Positions 1 through 8,269 of a stretch of 64,000 bases of DNA are shown here, piece by piece. The stretch's first letter is position 1, and each line of letters starts with the position of its first letter. The position numbers were made by a program, and so were the translations under genes. The DNA is from a virus: the IMG/VR virus record IMGVR_UViG_3300007513_001104; one strand, written 5' to 3'. Under the pieces are notes generated by a model, which was not told the origin of the DNA, did not search any database, and was given only the letters and a program-made list of their open reading frames with translations.

Positions 1-175
1 CTAGTTCTGGATGAAAAGGTCTCTCATAAGGTTTTGATAAAAGCAATGTCTTTATTGATTGCTTTACAGCGTTTACGTCTAACTTTTTATTTACATCTCC
101 TGAAAGAGCGTTTTTCGTAAACAGCATATCAAAGTCTTTATATATCCTTGCTACTTTTAATTTTTGTGTTGCCAT
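1..175 (-). CDS. gp25: baseplate wedge subunit gp25 (runs off window start)
   Basis: Manual translation MATQKLKVARIYKDFDMLF...NAVKQSIKTLLLSKPYERPFHPEL; YKD, AVKQSI and ERPFHPE are gp25-type motifs; downstream of gp5; not in ORF track. Confidence 0.85.
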   Translation of the reverse strand, partial: MATQKLKVARIYKDFDMLFTKNALSGDVNKKLDVNAVKQSIKTLLLSKPYERPFHPEL

Positions 176-180
176 AATAG

Positions 181-188
181 TATTTATA
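181..188 (-). promoter_or_regulatory. T4-type late promoter TATAAATA (gp25)
   Basis: Exact TATAAATA on minus strand just upstream of gp25 ATG. Confidence 0.75.
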
Positions 189-797
189 TCAAAAATCGAA
201 ATCTGGTAACTCTAAATTTAAGAATTCTTCACCTTGTTTCTTAATTCTATCGCCTATCTCAATATATACGCTTGGTTTCTGTATTGAAGGTAGTGATCCT
301 CCTTTTAATATTGAAGCTGGATCTATATCTGGGAATGATGTAGGTGTTGCTTTAACTGTAACTTGAACGCCTTCTTTTTCTATATTAGGTATTGCTTTAC
401 AAATCATATCTATATCAATTGCCCCGTTTCTTAGTAAATCTTGTAAATCGTCAAAGTTTTTAATATCTCCTAAGTCTACATTGCCCCATTTATTTTTCAA
501 ATATTCAAGTTTATATTTTATATCAGGCAATGCTATTGCTCCTAACATAATAACCTTTAAAAAATCTTTAACATCATCATGTAATGTTTTGTCATCATCA
601 GATAAAACTTTATTTAAAATACTAGGAATCATATTTTCCATTTTACCCATTACACTATTAACATCTTCTAAAGCATCGTTCTTTATTTCATTTAACTTTC
701 CTAATGGTGACTCATTAATAATAGAGTCAAACTTATCCTCTGCAGCTTGAACTTGATCTGCAAGTTCCAATAATTTTTTACTAGGTCCGCAACTCAT
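189..797 (-). CDS. hypothetical baseplate-region protein
   Basis: 202 aa ORF between gp5 and gp25; no motif recognised. Confidence 0.6.
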   Translation of the reverse strand: MSCGPSKKLLELADQVQAAEDKFDSIINESPLGKLNEIKNDALEDVNSVMGKMENMIPSILNKVLSDDDKTLHDDVKDFLKVIMLGAIALPDIKYKLEYLKNKWGNVDLGDIKNFDDLQDLLRNGAIDIDMICKAIPNIEKEGVQVTVKATPTSFPDIDPASILKGGSLPSIQKPSVYIEIGDRIKKQGEEFLNLELPDFDF

Positions 798-800
798 TTA

Positions 801-2339
801 TTATGTCCCCGATGTTGGTGCTTGTGTTTCTTGTGTACTAGGTTGTGGTGAGCTAGATCCGCCAGTTCCAGGTACTTCTTTATGTGTATGTGTATGTAAT
901 GTTATATTATTAGATGTAATGTTTCCTGCAGGTCCGTCTATAGACATAGTGGGTGAGTCAATAGTCATTGAAACATCTGCATCCATATCTAGATCTGCTA
1001 AAGTTTTTATTGTCATTGTAGAACCTGAACCTACTTCTAATAATCCAGTTGCCGCAAGGAAAACATTGTCTCCTGCTAATACTCTATACGTTCCTCCTGC
1101 TGAGACCATTACATTTTCTTTAACACTCTTTAAATCTTTGTTATATGTTTTATTAACTGTTTCTGCAACAGAATCTGTTCTATTTTTTGCTACACTAATT
1201 GTTTGATTTCCTACTATTGTTTCTGTATCATCTTGAGCTACACGAGCTGTTCTATTTCCTTTAATAGAATGTGTTACATCTGATATAACCGATTTAATAT
1301 CATTACCATTTATTTTTGTAACCCTTGAGCCTAAAATTGATAAGAAGTAATCTCCCTCTACTTCTTCGTACTTATCTCCTTGAACTAATAGTTTAGCGTC
1401 TCCTGCTATTGTAACGTTACATGATCCTCTTATAAGAACATTATTGTCTTTAGCAATAATTTCATAATTATCACCTACAATATTTGTAACCTTTGTACCA
1501 TCATCATGAATTTCATAATTCGTTCCTGATGGATGATACTCATGAATTCTTCTGTTTGTTTCTGTATTGTCTATTTCAAATACATGGCCTGCTCTAGTTT
1601 CTTTAACTGTGTTAAATGGATATAAGGAAGTCCATTCTTTGTCTCCTGGCTGTGGGCTTTCTCCGTCTCTTAACTTTTGTGCAGCATCAAAATAATTGGC
1701 CTCGTCTTTTGATTTCCCTCTTGGGTGTGGTTCATCCCACGTTTTTCCTTCGTAATCTTTTCCTGTTATATCATCTAATATGGCATCGCCGGTTTCTTCT
1801 GATACTGACGGTGCTCTTGCTGTTCTTATTCCTTCGTCTCTTGTTGCTCTTCTATTTAATAAAGAGTAATGTGTTTCTGCTGCTTCATTTCTAGCAAGTC
1901 TAGAAACATCAGGTTCTCCTATACCAGCAAACCCTTGATCAGGTTCGTCTGGCAACCTTGGGAATCTTCCTGTTGGGTCCATAAAACCATCTATGTCATT
2001 TACTTCAGGCTTTTCTGCTGGTTTTCCTGCTATAGTTCCTAGAATCATAGGAATTTGTCCGTCTTCGCCGTCTGCAAAGAAACCTATAACTGTTGAGCCC
2101 TGTAATAAGGAGTGATTTTCCATTACTCCATTAAGGCCTGCACTTGTAACAGAGTTAATTGGAACAGCATATGGTAAATGTTTTATAGGTAATGTTTGTT
2201 TGTTGCCTGTATGATATCCTGTTATCCTAACTTTAACTCTGCCGGCATAGGCTGGATCGTTGTTATCTTCAACAACACCCAACCACCAAATAAAATCTGG
2301 TATATTTAATTTGCCGTAATTTTTCATTCCTTGGCTCAT
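801..2339 (-). CDS. gp5: baseplate central spike gp5-like (OB fold + beta-helix, no lysozyme domain)
   Basis: WWLGVVEDNNDP..GRVKVRI.GYH, GFFADGEDGQIPMILG, YPFNTVKETRAGHVFEIDNT..RIHEYHPSG, VxG repeats, terminal HTHTH. Confidence 0.9.
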   Translation of the reverse strand: MSQGMKNYGKLNIPDFIWWLGVVEDNNDPAYAGRVKVRITGYHTGNKQTLPIKHLPYAVPINSVTSAGLNGVMENHSLLQGSTVIGFFADGEDGQIPMILGTIAGKPAEKPEVNDIDGFMDPTGRFPRLPDEPDQGFAGIGEPDVSRLARNEAAETHYSLLNRRATRDEGIRTARAPSVSEETGDAILDDITGKDYEGKTWDEPHPRGKSKDEANYFDAAQKLRDGESPQPGDKEWTSLYPFNTVKETRAGHVFEIDNTETNRRIHEYHPSGTNYEIHDDGTKVTNIVGDNYEIIAKDNNVLIRGSCNVTIAGDAKLLVQGDKYEEVEGDYFLSILGSRVTKINGNDIKSVISDVTHSIKGNRTARVAQDDTETIVGNQTISVAKNRTDSVAETVNKTYNKDLKSVKENVMVSAGGTYRVLAGDNVFLAATGLLEVGSGSTMTIKTLADLDMDADVSMTIDSPTMSIDGPAGNITSNNITLHTHTHKEVPGTGGSSSPQPSTQETQAPTSGT

Positions 2340-3766
2340 GCTAAATTTTCTCCTACTACTTTATCATCTATTTCACCTAATGATGCTGCTAATCCATTTT
2401 TAACTATCTCTACTTTCATTGTATGCCTTACACTATCAAATTTATGCTTAATAGCTGTTATTAAATATGGTCCTGTTAATAAAGGATCAACTATATCATC
2501 ATAGGTTGCATCCATTGGCTTATCTCCTGCGTTAGGATAAGCTAATTTAATAAGTTTTCCAACTTCTATATCTGTTCTTCCTGGTAAATCTATTTCAAAT
2601 GTGTTATCATTAAATGAACTAAAATAAACTTGCCTAAATAAATTATTAGCTAAAACAGCTGGATTAGCTGCAGCTCCAAATTTTCCATCTACTAATCCTC
2701 CTTGCATTCCTGAGGACTGAAATTGATTTAAATATTTAATATTTACAAATGAATATGGATTACGTTGTATTCCTCCTGGTATTGGAATTCCTATATCTGT
2801 GTGAACGAAATTACCAAATTGATCTCTTCCATCTAATGTAACTTCAGCCTGTTCTTTTGTAAATAAATCGTAAGCTCTTGTGGATGCTGAATAGTAACCA
2901 CTGTCTTGTCCATCTAATATATCAATTGTTCTTGGAATTTGTATAGCTTCTATTTTACTAAAAGATATTGGAAGTTCTGCTGCTAAAAAGTTTTCACCGC
3001 CTCCTCTATGTGGGACCTCTAAACCAGGCGGAGCATACAAAAACTCTTCCCATAATCCCATGTCTAATTGTTTTTGTATTAAATTTTGAAATGATGTTAA
3101 GTAAAACATTTTATTAGATTCATAAAACACATAGTCTGAACCTTCAAATTGACTGCCTTGACATCTTCTGCTTATAAATTGTAGGTTTTGAAACGGTGTC
3201 CAGAAGTTAGAAGTGTATTGTATCTTAGAAGTATGTGGTGTGTCGCCTATAACAAGAGGTGTAACTCCACCTTGTGAATCAATACGTCTATATTCTTGTA
3301 TATGATCTAAATATATTTGTTCTGCTATTTGATCAGTAGATCTTGGTTGCCCTATTGCACCAAATGCTTGTGTAATACTTCTTGCTTGATCACTGATTGC
3401 TTCTACAGAGCAGAACTTTAATTTGTAAAATTGCTCTCTATCATTATTAAGCATTCTTTTTTCAATGGCATATATTTGAAATGATTTCTCTATTATCATC
3501 TCAGGAACGTCTTCAAATGTTTTTGTTCTCCATTTGCACGTTATCAATTCACCGCCACGGATTGGCCAATTTGTTATTGCATTTATAGCATCAGTAACTA
3601 ATATCTCTCCTGTCAATGTTGGTGACCAAACATCTTCATATAAATTAAATTCAACTATAAAATTCTTAAAGTCCCATTGAGTATTGTCTTGTGTAGTCAA
3701 AAAGAGTTCATCACAAGAAACGTCTCCTGCTTTGAGAATATTTTCTACTGTTGTTTCGTCGCCCAT
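2336..3766 (-). CDS. putative baseplate hub protein (gp27-like)
   Basis: 476 aa between gp53 and gp5; EFNLYEDVWSPTLTG N-terminus and PGRTDIEVGKLI...GPYLITAIKHKF C-terminus typical of hub proteins. Confidence 0.55.
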   Translation of the reverse strand: MGDETTVENILKAGDVSCDELFLTTQDNTQWDFKNFIVEFNLYEDVWSPTLTGEILVTDAINAITNWPIRGGELITCKWRTKTFEDVPEMIIEKSFQIYAIEKRMLNNDREQFYKLKFCSVEAISDQARSITQAFGAIGQPRSTDQIAEQIYLDHIQEYRRIDSQGGVTPLVIGDTPHTSKIQYTSNFWTPFQNLQFISRRCQGSQFEGSDYVFYESNKMFYLTSFQNLIQKQLDMGLWEEFLYAPPGLEVPHRGGGENFLAAELPISFSKIEAIQIPRTIDILDGQDSGYYSASTRAYDLFTKEQAEVTLDGRDQFGNFVHTDIGIPIPGGIQRNPYSFVNIKYLNQFQSSGMQGGLVDGKFGAAANPAVLANNLFRQVYFSSFNDNTFEIDLPGRTDIEVGKLIKLAYPNAGDKPMDATYDDIVDPLLTGPYLITAIKHKFDSVRHTMKVEIVKNGLAASLGEIDDKVVGENLA

Positions 3767-3770
3767 TTCA

Positions 3771-4277
3771 TCACTTCTTAACTAATCTCTTGTATTGTTG
3801 CGTTATATCTCTTAAAAACATTTTATTTAAAAGAAATATTTGGCTTTTTATATTATTTAGATCAGTTTCATACTCTAAATTAGTTACTGCTAGATAATCT
3901 CCTGATGCCACTTTGACCGAGTCCCAATCAACTATAACGCTCTTATCTGCCTTCATAACATAATGATGGACATCTGAGCTGTTTTCCGAACCATATTTAT
4001 CTTTTATATAAGCTGTCAAAGAGTTTTGACTTAAAGGCCACTCTCGCTGTACATCTGTTATATTGTTAGCAAGTAAAACCAACCAGTGGTATTTACTTGA
4101 TCCATAAATTTTGTCCGCTACTATTTCAGGGGTTTCACCTTCGCCAACATAATACTCTATTAAATGAAGTCTATTCTGGAAAAACTTATCTAAATGAACC
4201 CTTCTAAATATATCAGGAACGATTGTCTGTTTACCACTATAAGGATAATACATTTTTGGTAGTGCCTTAAAATACAT
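3771..4277 (-). CDS. gp53: baseplate wedge protein gp53
   Basis: MYFKALP start, LysM-like GETPEIVADKIYG..YHWLVLLANNI...WP, VHHY. Confidence 0.85.
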   Translation of the reverse strand: MYFKALPKMYYPYSGKQTIVPDIFRRVHLDKFFQNRLHLIEYYVGEGETPEIVADKIYGSSKYHWLVLLANNITDVQREWPLSQNSLTAYIKDKYGSENSSDVHHYVMKADKSVIVDWDSVKVASGDYLAVTNLEYETDLNNIKSQIFLLNKMFLRDITQQYKRLVKK

Positions 4278-4278
4278 A

Positions 4279-5502
4279 TTAGAACCCTTGTGCTATCCTT
4301 ACCGCTGTTAATGTTTCTAGTTCTGTAAATGCTAGTTCCATATTAATCTCTGTTGGCATTCCGCCGGAGTTTTTGAAAGTATTAAACGCACCATCTGGGC
4401 CATAGGTTACTTTACATCCTGTTAATGCACAAGATGATATTTTAGGCAAATGTGGATTAAGATCTACATTACCATTCTTGTCTAGATACTCAAATTGTAT
4501 TGAAAACTCTGCGGGATAAACTAAAAACAAATCTCCCTCTGAGGCCTCTGGATGCATATGATATTTAAATGTATCAACTATTTCCATTACCATATCTGCC
4601 TCGTTTGGATTTCTAGGTACAAACGTGTAATTAAAAGAAAATCTTCTGAACCCCATACTCTTAAATAATTGTTCTTTGTATGGATTACTAACCTTTTTAG
4701 ATGTTGCCTCTATTGCAGCTCCAAAATCTGCGTCGGCTCCTACTGCTTTAGGCATGTTAGCCGCTGCTGATATCAGACCTCGACCTATAAATTCTGGAGC
4801 TTCTGCTAGGTCTTTAAAGTCCATTCTACCTGAACCCAACAAACCTGCTACTCCTAAATTAGTTTCATCCCAATTAGCTGCGTATGCTGATACTATTGAT
4901 TGTGGTACATATAACTGAATGGTTTTTAGTAATCTAATAGTAGAAGTTTGGTTCATTCTACCCATTGCATTTCCAAGAAACGCACCAACAATTCCTCCAG
5001 CTGCTGTTGTTAGTACCTTGCCGAGTTTGGTAGCTCCATCTTTTAATATGTGTCCAGAACTGATACCTGCCATGGTGCCTATTGATGCTGCTAGTGCTCC
5101 CGCTCCAGTTGCTACTGTTTCATATTCCTCTGCTTTGGCTCTATTTTCTTTTGTATATTCTTCATTATAATCTTGGTTTGCTTCTATGAGCCTTTGTCTC
5201 ATTGCCTCGTCAGTGTTAGCAGCTGTAACGGCGTCTGTTGCTGCAACAGAAGTCTGTCTAGCATTTATATAAAAGTGAACCGCGTGGGGTTGACTTGCGC
5301 TAAAGAGTTCTTGAGGATAAGTTAAGGTTTCGCCGTTATCATGGCCTTTACCTCCTAATCCATAACTTGTTTTAGCTTCTTGCTGGGCGTCTATCTGGTC
5401 TTTATGACTTCCTTCATCTAGGATTGACTCTTGAGTCTGCATCAGTTGCTTCTCAGACTTCTTCCGCTCTCTTCTTGCTCTTATTCTATCCCCTATGGCC
5501 AT
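4279..5502 (-). CDS. gp48: baseplate tail-tube cap gp48
   Basis: NPYKEQLFKSMGFRRFSFNYTFVPRN..EA, YPAEFSI, F.ELETLT. Confidence 0.85.
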   Translation of the reverse strand: MAIGDRIRARRERKKSEKQLMQTQESILDEGSHKDQIDAQQEAKTSYGLGGKGHDNGETLTYPQELFSASQPHAVHFYINARQTSVAATDAVTAANTDEAMRQRLIEANQDYNEEYTKENRAKAEEYETVATGAGALAASIGTMAGISSGHILKDGATKLGKVLTTAAGGIVGAFLGNAMGRMNQTSTIRLLKTIQLYVPQSIVSAYAANWDETNLGVAGLLGSGRMDFKDLAEAPEFIGRGLISAAANMPKAVGADADFGAAIEATSKKVSNPYKEQLFKSMGFRRFSFNYTFVPRNPNEADMVMEIVDTFKYHMHPEASEGDLFLVYPAEFSIQFEYLDKNGNVDLNPHLPKISSCALTGCKVTYGPDGAFNTFKNSGGMPTEINMELAFTELETLTAVRIAQGF

Positions 5503-5543
5503 ATAAATACCTATGTTATATTAATGTTACACACTTATTTATA
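5502..5543. promoter_or_regulatory. pair of oppositely oriented late promoters (+ 5502-5509 for gp4; - 5536-5543 for gp48)
   Basis: Two exact TATAAATA octamers at the ends of the 40 bp intergenic gap. Confidence 0.75.
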
Positions 5544-5977
5544 TGGTTTATGCCAAAGAAATATATAAAGGCCGATTTATTCCACGAAATCCAATAAAGT
5601 ATCTCGGGGACTTAAACTCTATTGTCTATAGATCTAGTTATGAATTAAAATTTATGAACTGGTGTGATCTTAACGAATCAGTTAAAGGTTGGGTATCAGA
5701 AGAGGTAGCAATTCCATATCGTAACCCATTAGACAATAAAGTTCACAAATATATGGTTGATTTTTATATAGAAGTAGACAAGAAAAAATATCTTGTAGAA
5801 GTAAAACCCGAAAGATTCACAAAACCTCCCGACACACAGAAAAGAAAAACCAAAAGATACATACAAGAAGTTGCCCAATACGGAGTAAACGAGGCCAAAT
5901 GGAAAAGTGCTAAAGATTTTTGTAAAAAACAAAATATGGAATTTATGATTATAACTGAAAAAGAATTGGGTATCTAA
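5543..5977 (+). CDS. gp4: head completion nuclease gp4
   Basis: YKGRFIPRNPIKY.GD, YRSSYE, SEEVAIPY, YMVDF, VEVKP, NEAKW, ITEKEL. Confidence 0.9.
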   Translation: MVYAKEIYKGRFIPRNPIKYLGDLNSIVYRSSYELKFMNWCDLNESVKGWVSEEVAIPYRNPLDNKVHKYMVDFYIEVDKKKYLVEVKPERFTKPPDTQKRKTKRYIQEVAQYGVNEAKWKSAKDFCKKQNMEFMIITEKELGI

Positions 5978-5985
5978 TATAAATA
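5978..5985 (+). promoter_or_regulatory. late promoter TATAAATA (gp2)
   Basis: Exact octamer 5 nt before ATG at 5991. Confidence 0.7.
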
Positions 5986-5990
5986 CTATT

Positions 5991-6581
5991 ATGGCAACAC
6001 CATTCACAGATATTAGACTAGAGGCAGGAGACAGAGAACGTTCTGCTGCTTGGTATCAAAAGACTGTTCGTAATGTAGCAAGCGGAGTTAATGCTCCTAA
6101 TGAAGTATTTGGTTCAGACTTGGGAGAATATGTATCACAATTAGACGTAGGTCAAATGTATGCTTTTAGATATGATCCTTTTCACAAAGAAACATTACCA
6201 TATTATGATAAGTTTCCTTTAGTTATAATAGCAGAACCGTTGCCAACAGGATTCAGTGGTATTAATTTACATTATCTTCCACCATTAGTAAGGGCTAGAT
6301 TGTTAGGCAAACTTATGGATGCTTCAGATTTAGAGATAGATGTAAGAAGTAAATTAAATGCACAATGGAGTTTTATAAGAAATTTTAGTAGGTTCCCTGA
6401 ATGTAGAGGTTCTGTTAAGAAATATTTAACAAGTCAGGTTCAAAGTAGAATGTATAAAGTAAATCCAGTACATTGGAAGTCAGCAATATTTTTAGATACA
6501 CATGATTTTGTTGGTGCACAAACCAGTCACATATGGAGAGAGACTGCTAAACGACCTGAACGTAAGAGGGCACAAGTATAA
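5991..6581 (+). CDS. gp2: DNA end protector protein gp2
   Basis: GQMYAFRYDP.HKETLPYYDKFPL, GINLHYLPP..R, VKKYL. Confidence 0.9.
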   Translation: MATPFTDIRLEAGDRERSAAWYQKTVRNVASGVNAPNEVFGSDLGEYVSQLDVGQMYAFRYDPFHKETLPYYDKFPLVIIAEPLPTGFSGINLHYLPPLVRARLLGKLMDASDLEIDVRSKLNAQWSFIRNFSRFPECRGSVKKYLTSQVQSRMYKVNPVHWKSAIFLDTHDFVGAQTSHIWRETAKRPERKRAQV

Positions 6582-7366
6582 TGTCAGATAGTAGAGTAAA
6601 AGACCAAAAAGTCCTAAATAAGTTTGAGAATTTCATAGCGAAATTTAGAGGAATGTCCTTTGCAAGGACTGAAAGGTTTGAATGTCAATTTCAATTTCCT
6701 AATGCTTTAGAAGGCGAATGGAATAAAATTAAATCAGACCCAATGACAACCAAGAGCATGCCACAAATCGTCTCTGGAGGCACCATAAACACCGGAGGGA
6801 CTAATAGTGCGTCGGCTCCAATGGAGGCTGCTTTACTATGTGAAGAAGTTCAAATACCTGGTATGGTATTAACAAATAAAGAGGTTCCACTTGGTAATTG
6901 GAATTTTATGAGAAACAATAATGTCAACTTTTTAGGAAACGAAATTAATATTACATTCTTAACAGATAGACATTGGCAATTAAGACATTTATTTGAAGCT
7001 TGGATTGACCTTTGTGTGGATACCACATCAAAACAAGTTGCATATCCAGATGACACTCATGGTATAGTCTGGATTAATTCTTTGGATTTACAAAACAATG
7101 TAACAGCATCATGGGAGCTAATGGAAGTTACCCCCAAGGTATTAAACTTAATACCATTGGCAATGGGTGGTGTTAGTGTTGCAAGAACCACTTTAATTAT
7201 ATCCTCGGCATACTGGAGGTCTAGAACCATTGATATAGATTTAAATAAAGATATTGCTGAAAAGCAAAAAGCAGAACTAGATCCTCGTTTACTTGGATAT
7301 GCTGCTTACACAAACCAGATTGACGCCGACACTTACAGCCGGTGGAAAAAATATAAAGGGGATTAA
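6581..7366 (+). CDS. gp54: baseplate tail-tube initiator gp54 / gp19-family protein
   Basis: LCEEVQIPG, ITFLTD..LRHLFEAW, tube-fold signature; synteny between gp2 and gp26. Confidence 0.6.
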   Translation: MSDSRVKDQKVLNKFENFIAKFRGMSFARTERFECQFQFPNALEGEWNKIKSDPMTTKSMPQIVSGGTINTGGTNSASAPMEAALLCEEVQIPGMVLTNKEVPLGNWNFMRNNNVNFLGNEINITFLTDRHWQLRHLFEAWIDLCVDTTSKQVAYPDDTHGIVWINSLDLQNNVTASWELMEVTPKVLNLIPLAMGGVSVARTTLIISSAYWRSRTIDIDLNKDIAEKQKAELDPRLLGYAAYTNQIDADTYSRWKKYKGD

Positions 7367-7388
7367 TGATAAATAATGGAGAAAAATT

Positions 7389-8075
7389 ATGACACTACCT
7401 AGAGTAGAAACACCAACATTTGAAGGAAACTTAGCTTCAACGGGAGAGCCGATTAGATTCAGGCCTTTCTTAGTTAAAGAAGAAAAAATTCTTATGTTAG
7501 CAAACGAAGCTGAAGACTTTAAGGACATGGTAAACGCATGTGCTCAAATTGTAACAAACTGTTCTGGAATTAATGGACACGACCTTACAATGTTTGACCT
7601 ACAAGATCTTTTTATAAAAATAAGATCTAAATCTGTAGGTGAAGTAGCAGACTTTACTCTTTCATGTGGAAGCTGTAGTAAAACTACACCTTATGAACTA
7701 AGACTTGATGAGATGAAAGTCAAGGGTTTAGACAATCCACCCGATAACTTTATCAAGATTAACGAAGAAATAGGCGTACAATTAAAGTGGCCTACGGCTA
7801 TGGTTACATCGCAGATAGAGGAATTAGAAGATGAAGAAATAATTGCTAAATGTATTGATTATGTTGTTGATGGGGAAGAGACATTTAGTATTGAGGAAGA
7901 GCCTTTAGAAGAGGTTGCTTCTTTTATAGACGATCTTCCAATAGAAGTTATGGAGAAAATGAGAGACTTTTTTCAACAAATGCCTCGTATAGAACACACG
8001 GTGGAATATAAATGTCCACATTGTGAGACCGATAATGCTATTAGTATTAATGGATACGAACATTTTTTCGGTTAA
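7389..8075 (+). CDS. gp26: baseplate hub assembly chaperone gp26
   Basis: MTLP..., FRPFLVKEEKIL, FIKIRSKSVGE, two CxxC pairs, ends FFG. Confidence 0.85.
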   Translation: MTLPRVETPTFEGNLASTGEPIRFRPFLVKEEKILMLANEAEDFKDMVNACAQIVTNCSGINGHDLTMFDLQDLFIKIRSKSVGEVADFTLSCGSCSKTTPYELRLDEMKVKGLDNPPDNFIKINEEIGVQLKWPTAMVTSQIEELEDEEIIAKCIDYVVDGEETFSIEEEPLEEVASFIDDLPIEVMEKMRDFFQQMPRIEHTVEYKCPHCETDNAISINGYEHFFG

Positions 8076-8125
8076 CTCTTTCTCAGGAGAGTCTTGAAAA
8101 CTTTTACAAGACTAATTTCTTGCTT

Positions 8126-8266
8126 ATGCAAGAACATCAGTATAGTTTAACGGAGCTAGAAAACATGATGCCGTGGGAGAGAGAGGTTTACGTTTCAATG
8201 CTTATTGGGCATTTGAAGAAAAAGGCGGATAAGAAAAAACAACAACAGGAAAAAGAGAACTGGTAG
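8126..8266 (+). CDS. gp51: baseplate hub assembly protein gp51-like (possibly made as a -1 frameshift extension of gp26)
   Basis: MQEHQYSLTELENMMPWEREVYVSML; conserved-looking LENFYKTNFLL lies upstream of the first Met in the same frame. Confidence 0.75.
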   Translation: MQEHQYSLTELENMMPWEREVYVSMLIGHLKKKADKKKQQQEKENW

Positions 8267-8269
8267 AAA

